Source: Candidatus Saccharimonadota bacterium (GTDB lineage: Bacteria; Patescibacteriota; Saccharimonadia; UBA4664). Taken from it: a stretch of DNA of 64,000 nucleotides. Shown in pieces: positions 20,598-29,296 of this stretch. Below the pieces are notes generated by a model, which had not been told where the DNA came from, searched no databases, and worked only from the letters and a program-made list of their open reading frames with translations. The stretch spans positions 10,046-74,045 of the forward strand of contig JACAFG010000007.1 of NCBI GenBank assembly GCA_019352195.1, written 5' to 3'. The position numbers and the translations under genes are program-made. How positions within the stretch are numbered: the first letter of the stretch is position 1; every line of letters begins with the position of its first letter.

Positions 20598-21158
20598 ATG
20601 ATAATCACGTCTGAAGCCGATATTGCAAAACTAATCGAGTCAGACCCGTGGATGATGAAAGTCCTCAGGGCGGCCGAGAATTTTGATCTCCCCGACTGGT
20701 GGATTGGCGCAGGTTTTTTGCGCAGCAAAATATGGGATGCCATCGAGGGTAAGCATACTGGACCAACTAAAGATGTTGACCTCGTATACTTTAATGCTAC
20801 TGAAACGGCACCTGAAACCGATTGGGCCTACGATGAAAAAATGAAGCACGACTTTCCATTCGCGGAATGGGAGGTTCGGAATCAGGCTCGAATGCATTAT
20901 GTAGATGACTTTTCACCTTATACCTCAACAGCGGATGGAATCTCCCATTGGGTTGAAACTGCGACATGCGTTGCCGTGAAGCTGCATACTGGAAAGTTAA
21001 CGTTTCTTTTTTGTCATGGTACAGATGATCTCTACGGCCTGATTGCCCGACCAATCCCAATCTTCAAGCAGCCTGAACTCATCGAGGTATTTTATAACCG
21101 TGTATCCAGCAAGCGCTGGCAGGAGAAATGGCCTCACTTACGGATTGAAACAACTTAA
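20598..21158 (+). CDS. nucleotidyltransferase-fold protein (pol-beta-like NTase family)
   Basis: 186 aa; GAG...(x16)...DVDLV pattern compatible with the hG[GS]...[DE]h[DE]h NTase signature; low-GC; first gene after tRNA-Gln. Confidence 0.5.
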   Translation: MIITSEADIAKLIESDPWMMKVLRAAENFDLPDWWIGAGFLRSKIWDAIEGKHTGPTKDVDLVYFNATETAPETDWAYDEKMKHDFPFAEWEVRNQARMHYVDDFSPYTSTADGISHWVETATCVAVKLHTGKLTFLFCHGTDDLYGLIARPIPIFKQPELIEVFYNRVSSKRWQEKWPHLRIETT

Positions 21159-21230
21159 GCTATGAGGCTAGTGACAATACAAGTGTTTGGATTCAAAGAA
21201 AATTCCATAGTTCGGAAATCCGACCATAGC

Positions 21231-21250
21231 CCCAGCCAAAGGATATTATG
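21231..21250 (+). repeat. degenerate copy of island repeat (CCCAGCCAAAGGATATTATG)
   Basis: shares the CCCAGCCAAAG core with copies at 21381, 21841, 22979, 24113. Confidence 0.4.
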
Positions 21251-21380
21251 CCATCAATGTCTTGTAAGTCTAGGAAAACTAGATTCGAACTGAGCGTGAA
21301 ATAATTAAGTTAGACCGTAATAAAAAGTTCTAGGCCGAAAGGAAACCGAATTCGAACCGTTCAGGTTCTCGACCGATATG

Positions 21381-21428
21381 CTCAGCCATAGCACTTATGC
21401 TTAAAAAGACTTCTTCGTAAGTCTTTTT
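21381..21428 (+). repeat. island repeat copy (CTCAGCCATAGCACTTATGCTTAAAAAG) fused to a terminator hairpin
   Basis: repeat core plus aaaaagacttc-ttcg-taagtcttttt hairpin and T-run. Confidence 0.6.
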
Positions 21429-21447
21429 ATTTTGCTACAATTAATTC

Positions 21448-21789
21448 ATGAAGTACGAAGGCACCATCGTCGAAGAAGGCTTATTAGATAATCGCTTTCT
21501 CAATACCCTGGAGATTTTAAGCGTGCGGGTCTCGTCTGCGGAAGTTCCAGAAGATCGATGGCACCTTTATAAAGTGAGAGTAAGTGAAGATGACATCTCT
21601 TCTTTTGCCAAACATCTAAAGCCCGGGCATTGGTACGCGCACTTCTGGAATGGAGATGAGGTTATCGCAGTGTTTCCTTCAAAGACTTTCAAATTCAAAC
21701 ATTCAGGCAGGACCACTTGGGAGCCAGCAATTAAATACGGAAAATCTATGGGTATTCCAGAAGAGCAGCTCGACTTTATAGTTGACTAA
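21448..21789 (+). CDS. hypothetical protein (island cassette gene)
   Basis: 113-aa ORF flanked by island repeat copies. Confidence 0.45.
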   Translation: MKYEGTIVEEGLLDNRFLNTLEILSVRVSSAEVPEDRWHLYKVRVSEDDISSFAKHLKPGHWYAHFWNGDEVIAVFPSKTFKFKHSGRTTWEPAIKYGKSMGIPEEQLDFIVD

Positions 21790-21840
21790 GCTGCTTGTGG
21801 GCATGAGTGTATTAATATGGTTCTAACTTCGGCGATAATG

Positions 21841-21866
21841 GCCAGCCAATGCACTTATGCTGAAAA
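21841..21866 (+). repeat. island repeat copy (GCCAGCCAATGCACTTATGCTGAAAA)
   Basis: preceded by the GTTCTAACTTC sub-motif at about 21829. Confidence 0.55.
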
Positions 21867-21890
21867 TACTGTTCCGCAAAAGAAACCCGT

Positions 21891-22313
21891 TTACTGGGCG
21901 TCTTTTTCGGCCATCTCCATGAACTCGGCCGGAGCAAGTATCTCAACCCCTTCGTAGCTCCCAAGCACCAAAAGATCCTTGTCGCCACTTACTATGTAAT
22001 TGCAGTTTCCAACAAGAGCCGTCTCTAATATCCGATTATCGTCATCATCTCTGGACGCCGTGACCGTAATGCTCCCAAGCATCACAAGCTCCGCGTCTTG
22101 CTCAAGGAGGATTTCAATAAGTCCAAGATCCGTACCAAAATCGGGGAATTTGCTGGCAATTTTCCGCCGCATCTCGGTCAGAATCTCAGGCGAGATAACT
22201 ACCTCAACGATTCCGCGTGCTAATAATTCGACTACTTGCCTCGGCTTCCCGCCAAATACGAGCGCTGATACCCAAACATTAGTATCGATGACAACTCTGG
22301 GCCTATTGTCCAT
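21891..22313 (-). CDS. PIN-domain toxin (VapC-like)
   Basis: 140 aa; N-terminal VVIDTNVWV with the conserved Asp; overlaps the upstream RHH gene by 11 nt. Confidence 0.8.
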   Translation of the reverse strand: MDNRPRVVIDTNVWVSALVFGGKPRQVVELLARGIVEVVISPEILTEMRRKIASKFPDFGTDLGLIEILLEQDAELVMLGSITVTASRDDDDNRILETALVGNCNYIVSGDKDLLVLGSYEGVEILAPAEFMEMAEKDAQ

Positions 22314-22542
22314 TCGGGCGGTCTAGAATTTCATAAACCTGGTCTTCACTAGAATATCCCAGCTTCTGACCTTTCTGATTGGCCGCGTCCAGCAGGCTCG
22401 TCCAACGGCGCCTGCGACTCAAATCGGCCAAAGCTAGCCGACGGAAGTATTCGCTTCTGCTCCCCAAATCTTGTCTTACCGCATCATCTACATCTCGAAG
22501 TAATGTTTCATCGAGAGCAATGTTAAGTGTTTTTGTAGCCAT
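22303..22542 (-). CDS. ribbon-helix-helix (CopG-family) antitoxin of the PIN toxin
   Basis: 79 aa; KTLNIALDETLLRDVDDAV RHH N-terminus; 11-nt overlap with PIN gene. Confidence 0.7.
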   Translation of the reverse strand: MATKTLNIALDETLLRDVDDAVRQDLGSRSEYFRRLALADLSRRRRWTSLLDAANQKGQKLGYSSEDQVYEILDRPNGQ

Positions 22543-22626
22543 TAATCCAAAGCTCCTAATATGGAGGTATTGTATAGGTTTTGTTTACTGTCGTCAATAC
22601 CCGGAGCAGACTGCCCCCCATTAATT

Positions 22627-22821
22627 TTACGTAGAGCGTTTTGGGGTTCGGTAATCGCAACTTGCGCTTCTCCTGTCGGTAATGAATATAAGCCTACGAA
22701 ACGAGAAGTTAAGCGCATTCATGCGCTTAAGGGTTATAAAAGGGCTTTCAATGACAAGCTCGCGCTCGCAGCTACGTAGGTCATTCAAATAGGCAGAGTA
22801 AAACGTCTTCTCGTCATACAA
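22627..22821 (-). CDS. short hypothetical ORF, possibly a gene remnant
   Basis: 64-aa ORF only; downstream on the same strand an acidic tail (FDEDEGKDIEAIRQLLDENDDEEIEAS) is readable but has no start codon. Confidence 0.2.
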   Translation of the reverse strand: MYDEKTFYSAYLNDLRSCERELVIESPFITLKRMNALNFSFRRLIFITDRRSASCDYRTPKRST

Positions 22822-22978
22822 TCGTGAAGTGAGCAGGGGAGTAGTGCCAGGCCGATTGAAGAGGTATTTGAGAATCAGGAGGCTTCAATCTCCTCATCAT
22901 CGTTCTCGTCTAGCAATTGGCGAATTGCTTCAATGTCCTTACCCTCATCTTCGTCAAAAGTTTAGAATATGGACTGCC

Positions 22979-23030
22979 TCCCCAGCCAAAGAACTTATGC
23001 TTAAAAGAAGTCGTCAAGACTTCTTTTTTG
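22979..23030 (+). repeat. island repeat copy (CCCCAGCCAAAGAACTTATGCTTAAAAG) fused to a terminator hairpin
   Basis: core repeat followed by aagaagtcg-tca-agacttctttttt hairpin. Confidence 0.6.
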
Positions 23031-23493
23031 TTTTGACGCGGAAAGGTCTCTTGATATTGTTAAGATCAATAAATACAGTTCCAGCATTCATTTTAAAATT
23101 TCCTGTGACAATAAACCCATCTGATTGCTGGTCTATTATCCCGACTTATCAAATCGAACTACATGCATCCCCTTTCGCAATAGTCATACACGTACGTAGC
23201 TTCTGGTATTACCAATGAATTCCTTTGCAAAAAGGAGTACGTGTCTATGACACTCGGTATGTTATATTGCTCGGCCCTAAGTTGTTGGAGAACGATTTTC
23301 GGCATGAATTTGTGCAAATCAAGCAGCACCAACGGCCACCCTTATTTCACCCTATATTGAGCATTTACTAGAATAGTTTTAACTTCGGTGATACTCAAAA
23401 GCCATGCATTTACAAGATCGCAAACCATTCCAGCACAAATGTAAGCTGAAGTAGAATCTTGATGATTGTATATTTGTGCGATATGCTAATTAT

Positions 23494-23802
23494 ATGAAGA
23501 TTCTTCCAGAACCCATTACTTATATATGGGACAAAGGTAATATTGATAAGAATCTACTCAAGCATAATGTAACAATACATGAAGCAGAGGAAATGTTTTT
23601 TACGCAGCCATTCGTTGTCCGAAATGACCTAATGCATGCGGAACCGAACGGTGCCAGATACCAAGCTTTAGGGAAAACAAAGGCGAGCCGAAAATTGTTC
23701 GTTGCATTTACCATTCGGAATAAACAAATACGTGTCATTTCTATCCGAGAGATGACCATTAACGAGGAAAGAGTATATGAAAAACTTGAAGCAAATTCCT
23801 GA
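23494..23802 (+). CDS. BrnT-family toxin (DUF497)
   Basis: about 102 aa from ATG 23494; C-terminal RVISIREMTINEERVYEK resembles the BrnT signature; followed by overlapping BrnA-like gene. Confidence 0.7.
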   Translation: MKILPEPITYIWDKGNIDKNLLKHNVTIHEAEEMFFTQPFVVRNDLMHAEPNGARYQALGKTKASRKLFVAFTIRNKQIRVISIREMTINEERVYEKLEANS

Positions 23803-24055
23803 ATTCAAAAGCATTAAGAATGAAGCAGAATTTTGGGATACTCACGACTCTACTGAATACATTGACTGGTCGACCTCCGAAAGTACGCTACTACCGAATT
23901 TGAAGTCCTCTACTGAATCAATATCTTTAAGGTTGCCTTCGCCGCTACTTGCACGCATCAAAGAACTTGCGAATGAAAAAGATGTACCGTACCAGTCCCT
24001 CATGAAGGTCTATTTAAGCGAACGTATTGAAAACGAATTACGTATTATCAAATGA
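23777..24055 (+). CDS. BrnA-family antitoxin
   Basis: 92 aa; C-terminal RHH-like ISLRLPSPLLARIKELANEKDVPYQSLMKVYLSERI; overlaps BrnT gene by 26 nt. Confidence 0.65.
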   Translation: MKNLKQIPEFKSIKNEAEFWDTHDSTEYIDWSTSESTLLPNLKSSTESISLRLPSPLLARIKELANEKDVPYQSLMKVYLSERIENELRIIK

Positions 24056-24112
24056 ATCAATCGAAAAGGAACCGGCATCCATTTAGATTAAAGTTCTAAC
24101 TTCCTCCAAATG

Positions 24113-24140
24113 CCCCAGCCAAAGAACCTATAAAGCCTTA
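24113..24140 (+). repeat. island repeat copy (CCCCAGCCAAAGAACCTATAAAGCCTTA)
   Basis: preceded by AAGTTCTAACTTC at about 24092. Confidence 0.5.
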
Positions 24141-24174
24141 TGTTATAATTACGCCAATTTAAGAGGATCCTCAT

Positions 24175-24480
24175 ATGTTCGCCGATGGTTCAATTATGTC
24201 CCGGATACTAGGTACTTTGATTCTTATTGCAATCATAGCTTTGCCGTTCTATTTGATTTACCGAAAGCGTGCGTCAGTCTGGACTGGCGAGGTCGTTGAC
24301 AAGAAGACGCATGTTGAGGAAGACGAATATGGTAGAAGGAATATATTTGAACTTCAAATTAAGAACGCCAAAACTGGCAAAGTGCAAACTCATAGTGTAA
24401 ATGAGAAACGATACAACGAATTTTCGGTTGGTGACAACGTGACAAAGCAAGCTGGAAAAATGGGTTTCATCAAAGCGTAA
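24175..24480 (+). CDS. small membrane-anchored hypothetical protein
   Basis: 101 aa; single N-terminal TM helix; last cassette of the island. Confidence 0.45.
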   Translation: MFADGSIMSRILGTLILIAIIALPFYLIYRKRASVWTGEVVDKKTHVEEDEYGRRNIFELQIKNAKTGKVQTHSVNEKRYNEFSVGDNVTKQAGKMGFIKA

Positions 24481-24606
24481 CACGTCACGCCGAGCAAGAT
24501 ATTGGCGCACAATCCCGAAGTCAAGTTCAAAAGCTACAAAATCGACGCATCCAGGATGGTCCTAACGTCGTAGGCTATGCCTTAATACAGTAGGCTTCGA
24601 ACGTCG

Positions 24607-25221
24607 CTAATTGTCACCACCTCCGCCGTCTCCGCCACTAGGCACAGTAATATATACCGGAGTTATAACTTTTTGGACGATGATTTGAGTTCGAGTCTGC
24701 ACTATCGGGGCTACCGGTTTAGCAACAACCTGGAAATCAGTGTATGGCAGGGCTGCGTAGTTCGTGGCCAGTCCTACAATCCGGTAAATCCCGGGTTTGT
24801 TAAAAAGGTTGGGCCAATTGGCGAAATCTTGCGTGTAGGACGCGCTCGGCTGGATAACGTGCTGCTTAGCGCTGCCGGCACAGGCGGATGCAGCGGCCGT
24901 GTCATGAATTCGAACCCATGAGTTATTGGTCCAAGTGTAGATATAAAACGGTTCCTGCGGACAAGTATTTGCCAGAGTAATCGGCTCAGCGAGGCCGTTC
25001 TTGAGCGTGTAGCTGATAGTATCGCCGACCGTATACTTGATTTTTGAGGTACTCAGCTGTAGCTCGCCGCTGGCAAATACAAGCGTATTAATGCGGGTTG
25101 CCTGCCAATAAACCACCACAATGAAGCCTAAAACAATTAGTACATAAAACAATATCCATCCCACGAGCCGCTTGTGTTTGTTGCGTTCTCGAATGGTAGC
25201 CAGCGCTGAAGCTTGCGTCAT
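24607..25221 (-). CDS. membrane-anchored/secreted hypothetical protein, last gene of the FNR-ApbE-ferric reductase operon
   Basis: 204 aa from ATG at 25221, which abuts the stop of the upstream gene at 25218; N-terminal TM/signal; Gly-rich C-terminus. Confidence 0.5.
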   Translation of the reverse strand: MTQASALATIRERNKHKRLVGWILFYVLIVLGFIVVVYWQATRINTLVFASGELQLSTSKIKYTVGDTISYTLKNGLAEPITLANTCPQEPFYIYTWTNNSWVRIHDTAAASACAGSAKQHVIQPSASYTQDFANWPNLFNKPGIYRIVGLATNYAALPYTDFQVVAKPVAPIVQTRTQIIVQKVITPVYITVPSGGDGGGGDN

Positions 25222-25970
25222 TGCACCTGGACCTTCCGCCGAAGCCGATAAATTACGGCGACAGCGACGCCGATACCGAAAATAACCCAAAGAGTCCGGA
25301 AGATGCCATGCGTTAGGTCCGTACCCAAGTACAGGGCATGGAAGAACACAAAGATAATCGTGAGATAAGATAAGAAATGAAACACCTTCCAAGCATGCGG
25401 TTTTTTGTCGATCCAAAATATCGACGTCAGGATGATGGCGAGCACAAAATACAATGCAAAAACGCCGAGCGCCACGTAAAGCGAACCGAAGTGATACCTG
25501 CCAAAAGCGACCTCATGATAGTTCGAAATAAACGGCACTAAAGCCTGGGCAATAGTGAAGGGGACGTAGTTGTCAAACAGCAGAGCCACCACGTGTACCA
25601 CTATTGAAATGCCAAAAATGTAAGCGATGGCCTTATGCGTCGCCCAGGCGGTCAGGGGTTCGAGAAACCTGAAGGTGGCGCCAGTAATAAAACCGATTCC
25701 GGAAAGCATTAATAGCACCAGTGAAATGGCCGCAACAAACCCGGCCGCTCGCGTGATATACCAGGGCCATGAAGCCTTGGCGCGCGTTTCTAGCTGCTTG
25801 GTGACTGAGGGCCCGGGGACTGGTTTTGCGAGAATGTTTGGCGGGTCACTCACTGTAAGACTGCTCGGTGTTACCGGCGGGGCAGTTGCGGCCAAAACCG
25901 GAGCCCCATAAACAGCTCCGGCAGCAAGAAGTAGTATGACCAAACTGGTGATTGCACGTTTTTTAAACAT
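25218..25970 (-). CDS. ferric reductase-like transmembrane heme-binding protein (MsrQ/NOX TM-domain-like)
   Basis: 250 aa; signal peptide, about 70-aa exported Pro-rich segment, then TM helices with paired His (H-x13/14-H in two helices) typical of di-heme ferric reductase domains. Confidence 0.6.
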   Translation of the reverse strand: MFKKRAITSLVILLLAAGAVYGAPVLAATAPPVTPSSLTVSDPPNILAKPVPGPSVTKQLETRAKASWPWYITRAAGFVAAISLVLLMLSGIGFITGATFRFLEPLTAWATHKAIAYIFGISIVVHVVALLFDNYVPFTIAQALVPFISNYHEVAFGRYHFGSLYVALGVFALYFVLAIILTSIFWIDKKPHAWKVFHFLSYLTIIFVFFHALYLGTDLTHGIFRTLWVIFGIGVAVAVIYRLRRKVQVQ

Positions 25971-26892
25971 GAGCGTTACCGATAATTATACCATCACCAA
26001 AATGTTCGAGCCGGGAGCCAAATTGCAGCACCGCCGCGTCGGCCTGGTGTTGCTTTAAAAACTCCATAGCCTGCCCGCCGCCCAAAATGACGGCGCAGCT
26101 TGCCAGTACATCGGCACGCAGAGCGGACTTATCGGACACGGTTGCTAGCAGAATGTCGGTTTTGGCCGGCCGAAGGGTGCGGGGGTCTATTATATGATGC
26201 CAAACTTCGCCGGCTTTTATGCCGGTGTGGATATTAATACCGGAAGTCGCAACCCCGCTGGTTCCGTCCGGTTTCAGGGAAGCAATATTTTTAGCTGGGT
26301 CAGCAGCACTTTGGATTAAAACTGTCCAAGGCTGGTTCTGCTCGTTGCGTCCGCCCACGGCAATATCGCCTCCAAAGGACAGCCAGTAGCCGGAAATGAT
26401 GTCCGGTAGGCGTTCGCGCAGCAGGTCAGCCAGGTAACCCTTGCCGCAACCGCCGAGGTCGACCGCCGTCGCGAACGGTATCCTGGCCCAACCGTCGCCG
26501 ATTTCCAGGTTTTTGACCGGGACAACAGTTTTGCCGGAGTGGTCGTCCACCGGATTAGTCTCGTGGCCCGGTACCCGTGAATTAACGTAGCCGGCCGACT
26601 GCAGTGCCGGTAAAATAAACGGGTTATACAGGCCGGCCGTCTCCTGGCTGATGTCACGGGCCGCTACCAGGACAGCCTGAAATTCAGGGGAAATCACCTG
26701 CTTTGTTCCGGCGTTGCGGTTAAAGATTGATAGCTCGCTGGCTGGCAAAAACCTGCTGAACCGCCGTTCGAATAAAAAAATCTCTCGCCACAGCGTGTGG
26801 TAAAGCGCTTCAATTTTAACTTTAGGAGCCGTACTTACGATCGACAAGCCGGTTTTGCTGCCAAGGGCCACCGTTTCCTGGTAGTGCTGCAT
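25963..26892 (-). CDS. apbE: FAD:protein FMN transferase (ApbE family)
   Basis: 309 aa; ApbE-like motifs (VDLGGCGKGYLADL, GGDIAVGG). Confidence 0.8.
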   Translation of the reverse strand: MQHYQETVALGSKTGLSIVSTAPKVKIEALYHTLWREIFLFERRFSRFLPASELSIFNRNAGTKQVISPEFQAVLVAARDISQETAGLYNPFILPALQSAGYVNSRVPGHETNPVDDHSGKTVVPVKNLEIGDGWARIPFATAVDLGGCGKGYLADLLRERLPDIISGYWLSFGGDIAVGGRNEQNQPWTVLIQSAADPAKNIASLKPDGTSGVATSGINIHTGIKAGEVWHHIIDPRTLRPAKTDILLATVSDKSALRADVLASCAVILGGGQAMEFLKQHQADAAVLQFGSRLEHFGDGIIIGNAHV

Positions 26893-26893
26893 C

Positions 26894-27874
26894 CTACAAG
26901 CACCGGCCCGAGGGAGTGGTTTGACAGGCTGGCGCAGGCATTGTTATGGGCGCGGCATAAATTGTCGTCGGGGCACTCTGGGGTTGGGGATTGTAGGTAC
27001 TGGAGGTACTGGAGGCAGAGCTTGGCATTTGGTTGTCGGTGGGCGCTGTAATGACGTCCGCCGATGGCGGGATGCTGTTAACTAGCTGGTCGAGCTGTGT
27101 CTGGCGTGCGTTTGTAATTAAATATGGCGATGATTTGGTGGGCTTGAGGGCAGTCGTCGGCGGCAAGACCCGCAAGAGGTCGCCTACCATAACAACAAAA
27201 GTCCCAAAAACTAAACCAATGGCGCCCAGCACATAGGCGTTTGCAGGCCAGCTGCGCAAAATGCTGGTTTGCTTGGGAGAAGACTGTGTAAAGGCTTCGG
27301 TCAGTACATTCGCTTTGGGCGCACCATGCTTTAAAAGGGTCCCCGACATTGCTTTCATAAATACGGGTGGGCCGCATATGAAAAAGCGGCGGTCTGTATA
27401 GTTTTTCGCAGTAACTTTGTCGAGCAGCTCAGGGGCTATGAAGCCTGTGGCCACCTGCCCTTGTGGCAACTTGTCGGTCGGGCCTTTGCCGACTACGAAT
27501 ATGACTTTCAAATTAGGGTGCTCTGTCTGGATTGAAAGCAGTTCCTCCGCGAACGGGACGTCATCCTGGGTGGCGCAGCTATATAACAGAGTTACTTCGT
27601 TATCGGCCCTTAGGGCGCTAAGGTAACGCAACATGCTTATGAACGGCGTGATACCGATGCCACCAGCCATGAACACGGCTTTTTTGTCGCGCGTTGCATC
27701 CAGGACAAAGCCCCCAAAGGGGCCGGTCACGTCAATACCTCGTTTTTCATAACTGATTGCAGCGTATTGCCCGGGCTGAAAAGCCAAGGGCCGCTCACTT
27801 TCGTCCCGTTGCAGGGTCAATAGTAGGGTAGACGGGGTAATTTTTTCGCAACTTTTAACGGTAAAGGTATTCAT
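26894..27874 (-). CDS. FNR-like FAD/NAD(P)-binding oxidoreductase (Fre/ferredoxin-NADP reductase family) with C-terminal membrane/Ser-Pro-rich tail
   Basis: 326 aa; RxYS-like FAD motif (QYAAISY), GGIGITP NAD-binding motif; first gene of the 4-gene minus-strand operon. Confidence 0.7.
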   Translation of the reverse strand: MNTFTVKSCEKITPSTLLLTLQRDESERPLAFQPGQYAAISYEKRGIDVTGPFGGFVLDATRDKKAVFMAGGIGITPFISMLRYLSALRADNEVTLLYSCATQDDVPFAEELLSIQTEHPNLKVIFVVGKGPTDKLPQGQVATGFIAPELLDKVTAKNYTDRRFFICGPPVFMKAMSGTLLKHGAPKANVLTEAFTQSSPKQTSILRSWPANAYVLGAIGLVFGTFVVMVGDLLRVLPPTTALKPTKSSPYLITNARQTQLDQLVNSIPPSADVITAPTDNQMPSSASSTSSTYNPQPQSAPTTIYAAPITMPAPACQTTPSGRCL

Positions 27875-28241
27875 GGTTATGGTTATTATATAGTGCGATT
27901 AAATGGTTGTAACGTCGTGCCTTTGCCCACAAGTCTCCAACCAGTGCGCATTTGAAACCTTTTTCGGTACCGGTCCCCCAAGCTGTGTGATCGCGGTCAC
28001 CGTCAAGACTCAATGAATGTAGGATGCTTACCCCGAGGCAGCATTACGAATATTTGATCATTTCCATTCTCGCATGCATGCCCAATGATACTTTTTCTAT
28101 TCTAGTCGCCATTTCACCGTCAAACAGTTATAGCTTCCAACTCTTGGATTGCTCGCCTATGCGCCCAGTGACGCATGCTCAACTAAGCAATCCTAGGAAT
28201 AAATTTTGTAAGAAATCGCTCCATAAACAAGTACTAATACT

Positions 28242-28784
28242 ATGACCGACAAACAAATCGTAACAGCCGTCATTGCCGGAGAGCCTTCAGCCTATCGAGC
28301 AATCGTTGAGCGGTATCAACAGCCGCTCGTGCGATACATCGCCTATTTAATTCACGATGCCGATCTAACTGATGATGTTGTGCAAGATACGTTCATTAAG
28401 GCGTACAAGAATCTGCGTGGGTTTCGCTTGGATGCAAAATTTTCAAGTTGGCTCTACCGAATAGCGCACAACACGGCCATGGACGCAGTAAAGCATCAGC
28501 ACCTCTCAATTGATGATCTTCCCGCTCGTAATGAGCCCGTTAGCCAAGATCTCGACATCGCCGCACTGGTAGACCAGCACATCGCCGCCAAAGATGTGGC
28601 CGCCTGTCTCACGAAACTGCCCCTCAAATATCGTGAAGCCATAGCGCTGTTCTACCTACGAGAAGCAAGTTACTCGGAGATCAGCGACATCCTGCATATT
28701 TCGGTCTCAGGCGTCGGAGTACGTATTAATCGCGCAAAAACTATGTTGCGTTCAATTTGTAAGGCAAGGGGAGTACACCAATGA
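28242..28784 (+). CDS. ECF-type RNA polymerase sigma-70 factor
   Basis: 180 aa; region 2 (DTFIKAYKNLRGF...SWLYRIAHN) and region 4 HTH (SYSEISDILHISVSGVGVRINRAK). Confidence 0.85.
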   Translation: MTDKQIVTAVIAGEPSAYRAIVERYQQPLVRYIAYLIHDADLTDDVVQDTFIKAYKNLRGFRLDAKFSSWLYRIAHNTAMDAVKHQHLSIDDLPARNEPVSQDLDIAALVDQHIAAKDVAACLTKLPLKYREAIALFYLREASYSEISDILHISVSGVGVRINRAKTMLRSICKARGVHQ

Positions 28785-29236
28785 AACAATCCGACATCGC
28801 CGCCAAAGTTATGCAAGAAATTGACACCAAACAAGTCACTATGCTACCGCGATGGCATTTTCTGGCAACGGGCATTTTGAGCGTCTTCGGCATGCTCGCC
28901 TTGTCTGGTCTCGTCGTATACCTCATGAATGTCATCACCATTGCTTTGCGAATCCAGATTATCGACCGCCCCATGCTCGGCGCTCGCCAACGCTTAAGTG
29001 ATCTCCTCACCAACTTCCCCTGGTGGGCCGTCATTATCGCGGTCATAGCAATAGCCGGGCTCGTTTGGCTATTACGTAAGAATAGTCGCCTCTACCGTGT
29101 TAAACTCGGCTGGACACTTATTTTGGTACTCGTAATCGGTGTGATCTTGGGCCTGCTAGTATCAACTTCACCATTAAATCAGGTGCACGGCGGTCCGGGA
29201 CAAAACACGCCACACGAACAGCAACGGCTTCATTAA
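28781..29236 (+). CDS. putative anti-sigma factor / membrane protein coupled to the ECF sigma gene
   Basis: 151 aa; start overlaps sigma stop (ATGA); three TM helices. Confidence 0.5.
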   Translation: MKQSDIAAKVMQEIDTKQVTMLPRWHFLATGILSVFGMLALSGLVVYLMNVITIALRIQIIDRPMLGARQRLSDLLTNFPWWAVIIAVIAIAGLVWLLRKNSRLYRVKLGWTLILVLVIGVILGLLVSTSPLNQVHGGPGQNTPHEQQRLH

Positions 29237-29296
29237 TTTTGTAATAAAACCAGCTTTCAAACCGTATTACAGATGTCTAAACGAAAGGACATCAAC

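Noticed and set aside
21285-21400. Two TTCGAA-containing segments on the minus strand considered as tRNA 3'-end remnants (att-site duplications)
   Set aside because: Neither forms a proper T-arm (5-bp stem with a 7-nt loop) or acceptor stem; they look like simple palindromic repeat sequence.
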